A DNA stretch of 64,000 nucleotides. Origin: Polyangiaceae bacterium. GTDB taxonomy: Bacteria > Myxococcota_A > Polyangia > Polyangiales > Polyangiaceae. A model generated the notes under the pieces. That model was not told the DNA's origin. It did no database searches and saw only the letters and a list, made by a program, of their open reading frames with translations. Both the position numbers and the translations under genes were made by a program. Below, in pieces: positions 35,799 to 44,652 of the stretch (positions are counted from its first letter, which is position 1; every line of letters begins with the position of its first letter). The stretch lies in NCBI GenBank assembly GCA_050298815.1, contig JBNKUV010000104.1, forward strand, positions 21,631-85,630. Reading direction: 5' to 3'.

Positions 35799-37085
35799 TC
35801 AGATCTTCTCCAAGGCGTTCTTTGCAGCGGCGATGGTGGCGTCGATATCGTCATTGGTGTGAGCGGTAGAAATGAACGCCGCTTCAAACTGCGCCGGCGG
35901 CCAGTAGATGCCTTGCTCAATCAGGCTACGGTGGAAGATGCCGAACCGTTCAGTATTGCACTGTCCAGCTTCTTCCCAACTATGGATTGGGCCGCCATGG
36001 AAGAAGACCGTAATCATCGAACCGACGCGCTGCACACAGGCGACGACACGCGCATCGGTGATGGCTCGATTCAAGCCCTTTTCGAGGCGTGCACCCAAGA
36101 CTTCCAGTTTGTCGTAGACTTCGGGGGTGAGCTTGTTGAGCGTCGTCAGTCCGGCCGTGACAGCGACGGGATTGCCGCTCAGCGTTCCAGCCTGATAGAC
36201 CGCTCCCAAGGGCGCTATGCGCTCCATGATGTTCTGGCGACCGCCGTACACGGCCAGCGGCATCCCACCACCGATGATCTTGCCCAGGCAAGTCATGTGC
36301 GGCTGCACCCCAAATCGCTCCTGTGCGCCGCCGCGAGCGACGCGACATCCTGTCATGACCTCGTCGAAGATCGCGACCGAGCCGTTCTTGTCGCACAGCT
36401 CCACGAGTCCTTCGAGAAAGCCTGGTTTGGGGGGAACACACCCCATATTTCCCGCCACGGGTTCGACGATGACGGCGGCGATTCGACTGCCTTGTTCTTC
36501 GAATAGCTGAGTGAGGCCTTCTACGTCGTTGTAGGTCGCAACGAGCGTGTCCTCCACGAGCTTGCCGGGTACGCCAGCGGAGTCAGGTGAGCCGAAGGTC
36601 GCTGCCCCGCTTCCGGCTTTGACCAACAAGCAGTCGCTATGTCCGTGATACCCACCTTGGAACTTGACTATCACGTCCCGCCCCGTAAATCCGCGAGCGG
36701 CACGCAGCGCACTCATCGTCGCTTCGGTACCGCTGGAGACGCAGCGCAGCATCTCGATGGATGGGTAGAGTTCGGTCAGCTTCTCGGCGAACTCCACCTC
36801 CAGCTCCGTCGGAGCGCCAAAAGACAAGCCCTTCGCAGCCACGGCTTGGACGGCTGCGACGACATCGGGGTCTGCATGACCGAGAATCGCCGGACCCCAA
36901 CTCCCCACGTAGTCGATGTACTCGTTGCCGTCGATGTCGGTGAGTCGGGATCCCGCCGCGCTCGCAATAAACGGGGGGCGTCCGCCGACTGCTGCAAAAG
37001 CTCGGACGGGGCTGTTGACGCCGCCGGGTAGTTTCTGCGTGGCACGAGCTAGTATTGCTTCGCTGGTGCTCCGTTCGTTGCTCAT
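35799..37085 (-). CDS. hemL: Glutamate-1-semialdehyde 2,1-aminomutase
   Basis: LPGGVNSPVRAF, FDEVMTGCRVA, GKIIGGGMPL; 428 aa. Confidence 0.9.
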   Translation of the reverse strand: MSNERSTSEAILARATQKLPGGVNSPVRAFAAVGGRPPFIASAAGSRLTDIDGNEYIDYVGSWGPAILGHADPDVVAAVQAVAAKGLSFGAPTELEVEFAEKLTELYPSIEMLRCVSSGTEATMSALRAARGFTGRDVIVKFQGGYHGHSDCLLVKAGSGAATFGSPDSAGVPGKLVEDTLVATYNDVEGLTQLFEEQGSRIAAVIVEPVAGNMGCVPPKPGFLEGLVELCDKNGSVAIFDEVMTGCRVARGGAQERFGVQPHMTCLGKIIGGGMPLAVYGGRQNIMERIAPLGAVYQAGTLSGNPVAVTAGLTTLNKLTPEVYDKLEVLGARLEKGLNRAITDARVVACVQRVGSMITVFFHGGPIHSWEEAGQCNTERFGIFHRSLIEQGIYWPPAQFEAAFISTAHTNDDIDATIAAAKNALEKI

Positions 37086-37217
37086 TCTGTCCTCGCTGGT
37101 GAGTGTGACGCTGCCGCATCCGGCCGAACTGTCTTGCCGGGAAACGCCAGAGTCGTTATAGCGTCAAGCGCTCGGCGGCGATACCAAGCTCTGGCGTCGC
37201 CGGCGTTGGACCGACAA

Positions 37218-37589
37218 GTGAAGCTCCTACGGCTATCCCACGTCAATATCCGAACCCCGAGGCTGCGGGAGATGGTGGACTTCTACGAAACGGTGCTTGG
37301 CCTCGAGTGCGGCGAGCGCCCACCATTTTCGTTCGGGGGCGCCTGGCTCTACTGCGCGGGCCTTCCCGTGGTCCATTTGGTCGAGGTGGACGCTGAGCCG
37401 ACGCCCGGGGAGAGTCTGAGACTCCAACACTTCGCCTTCGACGCGACCGACTTGGAGGGGTGCTTGCGCCGGCTGGACAGTAGCGGGATCTCTTATAGAA
37501 TTGGTGAGTTAGCCGGATGGCGGCATCCCCAGGTCCACCTTCGAGACCCAGACGGCAACGCCCTTCACCTCGATTTTCCCCTGACCTGA
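37218..37589 (+). CDS. VOC/glyoxalase-family protein
   Basis: LRLSHVNIRTPRLREMVDFYETVLGL ... QHFAFDATDLEG ... LRDPDGNALHLDF. GTG at 37218 is preferred over the track start (TTG at 37134). Confidence 0.7.
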   Translation: MKLLRLSHVNIRTPRLREMVDFYETVLGLECGERPPFSFGGAWLYCAGLPVVHLVEVDAEPTPGESLRLQHFAFDATDLEGCLRRLDSSGISYRIGELAGWRHPQVHLRDPDGNALHLDFPLT

Positions 37590-37636
37590 GACTGCGCTCG
37601 AGGGCGTCGGGCGTCACGCAGAGTTCGTGCAGGTCG

Positions 37637-40600
37637 TCAGACTTGGTCGCGTCGGGCGTGGTCGTGGATTATCCCGCGCCACTCCTCCACTGCGTCCAAC
37701 GCCTCGGGATCAGGCCAGGGTAGGCGGGTGAGGCGTGCCAAGAGGTGCGGCGTGTGATCACCGACTTGCCAGGGGCGCGTGAACACGTCCGGTGCTGCCT
37801 TGAGCGATTCCACTGCCCCAACGGCGTCTCCGCTCTCGAATTGGAACCATGCCCGAGTCAACAGGTAGTGTTGACGCGGCTCTGGCTCGCGCACGCTGAT
37901 CTCTCGGGCCTGCATCAACACCTTGCGGGCCGCGGTCAGATCCCGAGTCGCCAACGCTAATTGAGCGCGCAGAAGACGTGCCTCGACAACTCCCAACGGA
38001 TCGCGCATCTCCGTATAGAGTCGCTCGGCTCGCTCCGCGTGGAGCTCTCCCAAGTCCAGGTTGTCCGTATCCAGTGCGACCATTGCGAGCAGGCGCTCGC
38101 AGGACGCCTGTCCGCGGATGGTCTTCAGCGACTCGAATGTGCCTAGGGCATCTTGTGCATTGCGCTCGGCGTTGAAGAAGTTGCTGAGGCGATGTTCGAG
38201 ATGTGCCAATGAAGCGGCGGTTTCCGCCTGCCCCAGCTGGTAACCACAGCGCTCGAACTCTCCGCGGGCGTCCAAAGTCAGTCGTCGCGCGCGTTCCGTG
38301 GCACCTTCGGAGTGCTCGACGGAAGCGAGCAACAGCAAACACTGACCGCGCCCCATCGCCTGATCGAGATTGGCGAAGTGTTGCTCGCCGCTCTGAGCGA
38401 ACTCGCGCGCCGTATTGTAGCGACCGAGAGTCAGCTCGATTTGACCGATGACTTGATCGGCCTGGGCTATGCCAACCAGGTTGCCGCTGCGCTTGAACGC
38501 GTTGAGTGCGCCGTGCGCTAACTCCAAACCGCCCTCCGAGTCTCCCTGTTCGCTCTTGAGCTGTCCAAGCAGGCGCTGGCAGTGAGCGAGTTGTTCACGC
38601 TCTTGACTAGACTGCAGCGCCCGCATCGCTTGCTCGGCGAAGTGGTTGGCCTCTTCGTTGCGCCCGATCTGACGCAGAGCTTCCGCGCGCCAGCGCTGAG
38701 CGATGGCCAGGGGGGCTCCGGACAGCTGATTCTTGAACAGATCCAAGTCCGCAATCGTTGCAAGCGGCTGCCGTGCGCCGTTCCAAGATTGCTCGAGAAA
38801 CTCGAAGAAGACCTGGGCGGCCTGGGTGGCGTCGCCGGCATACAGTAGGTTGACGACACGCTGCCGAACGACTCGGCGCGAATTGGCGAGGGGGTGGGAG
38901 CGCAACGCCTCTGCAGCGGCTTGGAATAGCTGCGCAGAGTCTTTGCGCTCGCTGAGTTGGCGAAACAGGTACTCCTGCAGCAGTGCGTGGGGCCAGTGGT
39001 AACGGCCTGGTCCCCGAGGCAAGATGATCTCCGCGTTCTGCAGGGAGACGATGGCATCGTGGGCTGATAGCGAAAGCTCTTGGAGCAACGCCTTGAGCAC
39101 ATTGCGCCGGATATCGAGACCCAGAGTAGCGACCGCGTATGCCGCCTGAGCGTACTCGATCGGCAGCGCAGCCAAGCGACTCTCCCAGAGATCTGCGGTG
39201 GTTTTTGGACGAACAGCGAGCACGTCCGAGGGAACCCGGAACGTACCATCTTGGTAAGCGAGGTCCCCAGCGTGGGCCCAAGCGTGCAGCTGCTGCAGAG
39301 CAAACAGGGGGAAACCACGGCTGCGCCGCGCTGCTTCGTTCACGGCGTCGTCGTCGAGGGGCAGGGAGGCCTTGAGCAGAGCCGCTGTTTCCTCCCGGTC
39401 CATCGGATTGACCTCGATGACCTCGCCATCGAGTTGCTCGCGCAGACGCCTCAGGCGTTCGGCTGTAGAAGTTCCGAGCTGCACGTCCTCAGCCCGCACC
39501 GTGGCCACCATGAAGATGCGCTGGTCGGTTTCCGTCGCGTGGATCCGGAGCAGACCTTCCAACGTCGTTTGGGCGGCGTTGTGCAGGTCGTCCAAGATGA
39601 AGAGCAGTGGGCGCTTGTTGGCGATACGGCGCAACGTGAAGCGCACGACTTGGCGTCGAACCTCCAGGGTATCCAGCGTAAACAGGACGCCGCTCGGTCC
39701 CACGGTTTCCTTGCCGGGGGGATTCGGTCGCAACCACTCGCCGGCGCCCGCCACCCAGGTTCTCATCTTCTGGTCGCTGTTGCGTACGTCCCACCGCAGC
39801 ATCAGGGAACGTTCGATGGTGTCGCGGTCGGCTCGCTCGAAGTTGTAGTGCTGTGTGACGGCTCCTAGCATGCCATCTAGCGCACCGCGCATGCGTCGGT
39901 ACCGAGCCACCAACGGTACGGCGTGGCCCTCTTCGTGTGCGGCTTCGGCGAGCCATTCGGCGATGCGGCTCTTGCCGACCCCCGCGGGCCCGACGAGAAT
40001 CACCAATCGGTGGGGTGCTCCCTGACCGCTAACGACCTCGTTGTTAATTTGAAGCAGACGTTCTCGGATATCGTCTCTGCCGACTAGCGGGCTTGGCCTA
40101 ATGCCGAGTAACCCGCGCGTACGGTCCGGACCACGGTCCACGGCGCGACCATCGGGGCGCGCTGTCGTCAGCTCTGCCGCAGAAAGACTTGGGGGCGGAG
40201 CCGACCCCGCGACTCGCGGGAAGCGCCACAAGCGTGGGTCGATGTTGTCGCCAGGTTTGAACTCCGACCACGCACGCCGAGCCTCCGCGGCGAACTCGAA
40301 GCGGTCCCAAGGCTTCTTCTTCAAACAACGGCCGACAAACGGGGCAACGCCAGCGGGTGCGGTCACCGCAGGTCTCAATGGCGGCGGTTCTTCATAGGCA
40401 TGCAGTTTGAGTAGCTCTTTGGGGTCCCCGGTGAAGATGGCTCTGCCACTGAGCAGCTTGTAGAGGATGCAGGCCAGGGAGTAGATGTCCGTCGCACCGC
40501 AGACGTGATGCATCTCGTGCATGATCTGCTCGGGCGCCATGTAGCCAGGCGTTCCCGCCCCGGCGTGGGGCTGGAATTCCATCGGTTTCTCACCATCCAG

Positions 40601-41281
40601 GCGCTCGTCGTGGGGGTCGTCCTTGAGCCATGCTAGGCCAAAGTCGAGAATGTGAACACGCGGGGCACTCCCGTTCACTTCCTCCACGATAACGTTGGAA
40701 GGTTTCAAGTCACCGTGGATGACGCGGCGGGAATGAGCGTGAGCAAGTGCTCCCAAGACCTGATCCACGATCGACCAGATGATGGGAAAGCTCAGCCGGG
40801 CGTTGCTATAGTCGTGCAGCGAAAGGCCATTGACGAGCTCCATCGCGAGGTACGGCGTGCCATCGAGCAACTGTCCGAAGTCGCGTGCGCCAACGATGTT
40901 TGGATGATTGAGCGAAGCTAAGGCCCTGGCCTCCTTGTAGAACCAGGTGATGTAGTCATCCGCGAGCCGCCCCTCCGGCGGGATGACGCGCTTGACGGCC
41001 GTCTGCCCACCGGTGTGTCGATCCTTGCAGCGATAGACGATGCCCATGCCCCCCTCGCCAAGGATACCCAGCACCTCGTAGCGCTGGGCGATGATCGAAC
41101 CTGTTCTGATCTTGTGGGGGTTGCGCGCCAGGGGAACGCTGGGTTCACTCAGGTAGGAATCTCCACTGATGAGGGAGTCCTCCTCCGCGGGGCTCAACCC
41201 ACCCGCCGGAGGCGGTCCACGCCGCTCCGTTGGGGCGGTGGCGCTCACCGCTTTGAAGGGTTCTTTGTCTCCCCGAGCCAT
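37637..41281 (-). CDS. Ser/Thr protein kinase fused to a STAND-type AAA ATPase and TPR repeats
   Basis: GEGGMGIVYRC...AVKR, VIHGDLKPSN, DFGLA, MAPEQ. Then Walker A GPAGVGKSRIAEWL. Long C-terminal helical repeats. 1214 aa. Confidence 0.85.
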   Translation of the reverse strand: MARGDKEPFKAVSATAPTERRGPPPAGGLSPAEEDSLISGDSYLSEPSVPLARNPHKIRTGSIIAQRYEVLGILGEGGMGIVYRCKDRHTGGQTAVKRVIPPEGRLADDYITWFYKEARALASLNHPNIVGARDFGQLLDGTPYLAMELVNGLSLHDYSNARLSFPIIWSIVDQVLGALAHAHSRRVIHGDLKPSNVIVEEVNGSAPRVHILDFGLAWLKDDPHDERLDGEKPMEFQPHAGAGTPGYMAPEQIMHEMHHVCGATDIYSLACILYKLLSGRAIFTGDPKELLKLHAYEEPPPLRPAVTAPAGVAPFVGRCLKKKPWDRFEFAAEARRAWSEFKPGDNIDPRLWRFPRVAGSAPPPSLSAAELTTARPDGRAVDRGPDRTRGLLGIRPSPLVGRDDIRERLLQINNEVVSGQGAPHRLVILVGPAGVGKSRIAEWLAEAAHEEGHAVPLVARYRRMRGALDGMLGAVTQHYNFERADRDTIERSLMLRWDVRNSDQKMRTWVAGAGEWLRPNPPGKETVGPSGVLFTLDTLEVRRQVVRFTLRRIANKRPLLFILDDLHNAAQTTLEGLLRIHATETDQRIFMVATVRAEDVQLGTSTAERLRRLREQLDGEVIEVNPMDREETAALLKASLPLDDDAVNEAARRSRGFPLFALQQLHAWAHAGDLAYQDGTFRVPSDVLAVRPKTTADLWESRLAALPIEYAQAAYAVATLGLDIRRNVLKALLQELSLSAHDAIVSLQNAEIILPRGPGRYHWPHALLQEYLFRQLSERKDSAQLFQAAAEALRSHPLANSRRVVRQRVVNLLYAGDATQAAQVFFEFLEQSWNGARQPLATIADLDLFKNQLSGAPLAIAQRWRAEALRQIGRNEEANHFAEQAMRALQSSQEREQLAHCQRLLGQLKSEQGDSEGGLELAHGALNAFKRSGNLVGIAQADQVIGQIELTLGRYNTAREFAQSGEQHFANLDQAMGRGQCLLLLASVEHSEGATERARRLTLDARGEFERCGYQLGQAETAASLAHLEHRLSNFFNAERNAQDALGTFESLKTIRGQASCERLLAMVALDTDNLDLGELHAERAERLYTEMRDPLGVVEARLLRAQLALATRDLTAARKVLMQAREISVREPEPRQHYLLTRAWFQFESGDAVGAVESLKAAPDVFTRPWQVGDHTPHLLARLTRLPWPDPEALDAVEEWRGIIHDHARRDQV

Positions 41282-41499
41282 ATCGCCGCGAGTTTAGTGG
41301 TTCCTTCCGTAGCGTCGAGGGCCACAGGGTTCATTGGGCGGACCTCGGATGTCGTACTAGCAACCACCTTGGGGCCGCCACCCGGCAGGTAGGTCGAAAC
41401 CCATGACGTACAGCCTACTCCTTCCTGGACTCGGGGCTCGTCCTCTTCGGTACGGTCCACTGGTTCCGCCGGCCGCCGGGTAGGAGCTACACAGCTGGG

Positions 41500-42630
41500 C
41501 TATTGCCTAGGAACATCGAGTGTGAACTCCGCAGAAGCGAGGCGCTGACCGTTGATGCTCACCTCGATCAGGTGCCGCCCGCTGTAGTACTTGCGCGTCG
41601 TGATGCGCCGCACCGTATGGCGCTTTCGAAGGACTGCCGAGCTTCTTGCTGGTAGCTCCAAGACCTTCCATTTGAAGACTTTGCCTGCAGTGCTTTGGTT
41701 GGCCTTCTGGTGATGGATGATGAAGTCGATCACCAGCTTCTGAACTCGGTTGCTCTTTGAGATGACCCTCGCGTCGAGGGTCAGAGTTCCTCCAAGCTCG
41801 AGGTGCTTTGGGGTAACGCTGAAGTCGACGCGAACATTTGGCGTCCTTGCCGCACCGAGTAACTCGAGCGCGCCCTGGTTCCCGAGTTTCACGAGCGAGC
41901 GGGTGGCGTGCTTGATGAGCCGTTCGATGGGCTCTCGTTGGGTCGGCGTTGCTCGCTCGAGCCAACGTCGGCAGGTCTGAACGGCCAGGTCAGGATGGCT
42001 CTTACCGATGTCATTGATGTTGTTGGCCACTGAACGACGCACATCCGCGCTTGGGTCCTCCACCAGCTCGTCCAAGATGGCGACAATCGTTTCTGGATTC
42101 TCTGTCAGGTACGGGACCCGCTTGCCCCACGGAAGTAGCGGGCGAAGCCCTTCGCTGCACAGGCGTCGCACCGCGGGGTCGCTGTCTCGCGTCCATTTCC
42201 GAATCGTGGATAGGGCTCGTTCGGGGTTGTCGCGGATGAACGGGCGAATCGCGAACTCTGCGGTGAAGAGCCCGGTCAGGTCGTGCAGCGTTGCCATGCC
42301 GAGGTCGAAGTCTTTGAGACCGCGGACACCGACGTAGTCGATCATTGGCCAGGCAGCGAATCCCCGAAGCGGGTCGCTCGGATCTCCGGCGTCCCAATTG
42401 CTGGCGGCACGGCGCAAGATCTGACTAGATTGAGCGAACGACTGCGGCAGGTGGCGGTCGAGCCCCTCGATGACGTGCAGCACGCGCTGCTTCAGTTCGA
42501 GCTTGGCCAAGCCACGAACGCATCGCCTGGTGAACGCTTCGGCGTCGAAGTCTCCGTCCGCTCGCTTCAGATTTCGAGCCAAGCGCAGGATGGCAGGCTT
42601 TCCCAACCCATCTTTCATCGGTGTCGCCAT
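41500..42630 (-). CDS. DNA alkylation repair protein (AlkC/AlkD HEAT-like repeat family) with C-terminal beta domain
   Basis: FTAEFAIRPFI, DPAVRRLCSEGLRPLLPWG, DVRRSVANNINDIGKSHPD. An extra ~110-aa C-terminal domain is present. Confidence 0.65.
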   Translation of the reverse strand: MATPMKDGLGKPAILRLARNLKRADGDFDAEAFTRRCVRGLAKLELKQRVLHVIEGLDRHLPQSFAQSSQILRRAASNWDAGDPSDPLRGFAAWPMIDYVGVRGLKDFDLGMATLHDLTGLFTAEFAIRPFIRDNPERALSTIRKWTRDSDPAVRRLCSEGLRPLLPWGKRVPYLTENPETIVAILDELVEDPSADVRRSVANNINDIGKSHPDLAVQTCRRWLERATPTQREPIERLIKHATRSLVKLGNQGALELLGAARTPNVRVDFSVTPKHLELGGTLTLDARVISKSNRVQKLVIDFIIHHQKANQSTAGKVFKWKVLELPARSSAVLRKRHTVRRITTRKYYSGRHLIEVSINGQRLASAEFTLDVPRQ

Positions 42631-42864
42631 CGGCTCCGACTTCTGTCAGCGTACGTCGCCGAAAAGTAGAAGAAAAAAAGGTGGCAGAAACTGATGAGTC
42701 AGTTCCCCTCGTCCGCCCGGCCAGCGCAACCTACGGGACACCCCCTGGCTGCCCCACCCCATCTTGGACTTGGTGAAGGCAGACAGCCGCGTCCAGCATC
42801 GTGCCGAGCAGGAAGGACGTCCACAACTGGGACCGAGTCCCAAATTCTGGCGATGGGGGAACGC

Positions 42865-44421
42865 TCACGGCGTTTCATGAGTGACCACAAATGAGTAGGT
42901 CTCTGCGAGGTGCTCTGGGATTGCGCCGATGTACATCGAAGGAACCGAGGAAGAGAACTCGTATATTCGTATGTAGTGCGTGCCGGAGGTCGCGACGTCG
43001 AAACTCCAACTGGCGAGCGCGCCTGTCGACGTCAGACCGAGTGATTCGGTCACCAAACTGGGGTTGGTCGCGGAGACATTGAACCGCAGGTTACCTGGTA
43101 CCGCCAAGAACGTGAACGTCGCCACACCTTCGTCCAGCTCGATCGCATACCAATCGTCCGCTGTCTTGTCTGTGTTCGAGATGTAGGCCTTGATGAACTG
43201 GCCGCTCACTTCTTCGTCGACATCGATGCTCGCTGGCTCGTCGATGTTGTCGTTCGGTTCGTGCGCGTCGAGCTCCGGGGTCATCGTGTAGGTGAAGTCG
43301 ACCCGACCGCTGAAGTCCGCGAACGACGAAAAGTTGAGTAGTGTGCGAGAACCTCCCCCAACCGTTACGTAGACGGAGCTACTAGCGCCTTGGTCGAGTA
43401 GTACGGTGTCGAGGACGCTGAAGTCGGCGGCGGCCATCGCCTGGACGTTGGTACGAGCGTCCGCATCCTGTGCGATGTCCAACGTGATGATGTACGCGCG
43501 GTCTTCTGGCGGAGCATCGATGTAGAACCAGTCTTCATCAGTGCCGTGAGTCCAGATGCTCGCCGAGGCAGGCAGTTCGATGTTGTTGTCACGGTCGTTG
43601 TTATCGACCTCCTCTAGGCCGTCTGAGGGTTCGAAATAGTCGACCATCGACATCGGACCTTCGACTTCCGTGCTGTCAGTGGTCATTGCGTCGCTGTCGG
43701 TGGTCGCTGCGGCGCTGTCAGTGGTCGCTGCGTCGCTGTCGGTGGTCGCTGCGTCGCTGTCAGTGGTCACTGCGTCGCTGTCAGTGGTCACTGCGCTGGA
43801 GCTGTCCGTTCCCATCACTCCGTCGGTACCCTCGGGGTCCGAGTCAGCGGTGTCGTTGGCGTCCGTGGCGTCGGTCTCCGCCCCCTCTTCCGAAGTGGCG
43901 CCAGCGTCGACGTCGTCAGTCTCAGCCACTCGAAGTACCCCATCGTCATCGACTTCGTCCTCGTCCGCGCAGACGCCGTCCGGCGTGCAGAGCTGCTCAT
44001 CTGGACAATCTTGGCTGTCGTCACACGGGCCACGACATTGTCCATCGACGGAACAAAGAAGCGGCGAGTCGCAGGAGTCTTTCGTTTGTTTCGGCGAGCA
44101 CTCCGCTTCTTCTGGGAATTGGCAAACGAACACGCGCGTGCGGTCGGATTGAACACAGCGTGCAGGGTACGGGCAGTCCCCGCTTTCCTCGCACTCTTTG
44201 TGGCAGCGCTCGAACACGCACACGAGGTCTGCGTCGCAATCTGAGTTCAGCGCGCACTTTTCAGTCAGGGACGCGATTTCTGCGTCAATTTCGTCATCGT
44301 CCCCACAGGCCGCGAGGGCAAAGCACAAGCTTGCGGCCGCCAACGGTTTGCCCGTCAGACGGAAAGCCAGCGTGCGGACGGCCATGTAACGCCAACTGGA
44401 ATGTCGTTTCAGAATAGCCAT
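42865..44421 (-). CDS. Lipoprotein with Cys-rich repeats, a (DSDAxTT)n low-complexity tract and PPC-like (pre-peptidase C-terminal) domains
   Basis: ASLCFALAACGDDDE lipobox. Repeated CxxxxDCxxxxxC units. DEDWFYIDAP and ADDWYAIELDEG motifs. The track ORF is over-extended to 44589. Confidence 0.6.
   Translation of the reverse strand: MAILKRHSSWRYMAVRTLAFRLTGKPLAAASLCFALAACGDDDEIDAEIASLTEKCALNSDCDADLVCVFERCHKECEESGDCPYPARCVQSDRTRVFVCQFPEEAECSPKQTKDSCDSPLLCSVDGQCRGPCDDSQDCPDEQLCTPDGVCADEDEVDDDGVLRVAETDDVDAGATSEEGAETDATDANDTADSDPEGTDGVMGTDSSSAVTTDSDAVTTDSDAATTDSDAATTDSAAATTDSDAMTTDSTEVEGPMSMVDYFEPSDGLEEVDNNDRDNNIELPASASIWTHGTDEDWFYIDAPPEDRAYIITLDIAQDADARTNVQAMAAADFSVLDTVLLDQGASSSVYVTVGGGSRTLLNFSSFADFSGRVDFTYTMTPELDAHEPNDNIDEPASIDVDEEVSGQFIKAYISNTDKTADDWYAIELDEGVATFTFLAVPGNLRFNVSATNPSLVTESLGLTSTGALASWSFDVATSGTHYIRIYEFSSSVPSMYIGAIPEHLAETYSFVVTHETP
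43672..43797. repeat. Six tandem 21-bp repeats inside the lipoprotein gene
   Basis: GCTGTC(A/G)GTGGTC(A/G)(C/T)TGCG(T/G)C x6, encoding DSDA(V/A/M)TT heptads on the minus strand. Confidence 0.85.
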
Positions 44422-44652
44422 GTTCAAAGAGTTCCTGCTTGGAGGGCGTCGCAGGCTGCTTGCCCTGGGTTCTTGGGATCGGCGAGAGAATGCCGAAAGC
44501 TGAGCTTCGTGTCGATGGGAGTGATTGCAGGCGTTGTTACCATGGTGGGCGATAGGTGAGATCCTGCTGGCGGAGCGGCAAGCGCCCAACAGTGAAACGA
44601 CGACCGCAGCAGATGGCCAATCGGTCGTTGTTGCACTGTTGGGCTTGCACGC

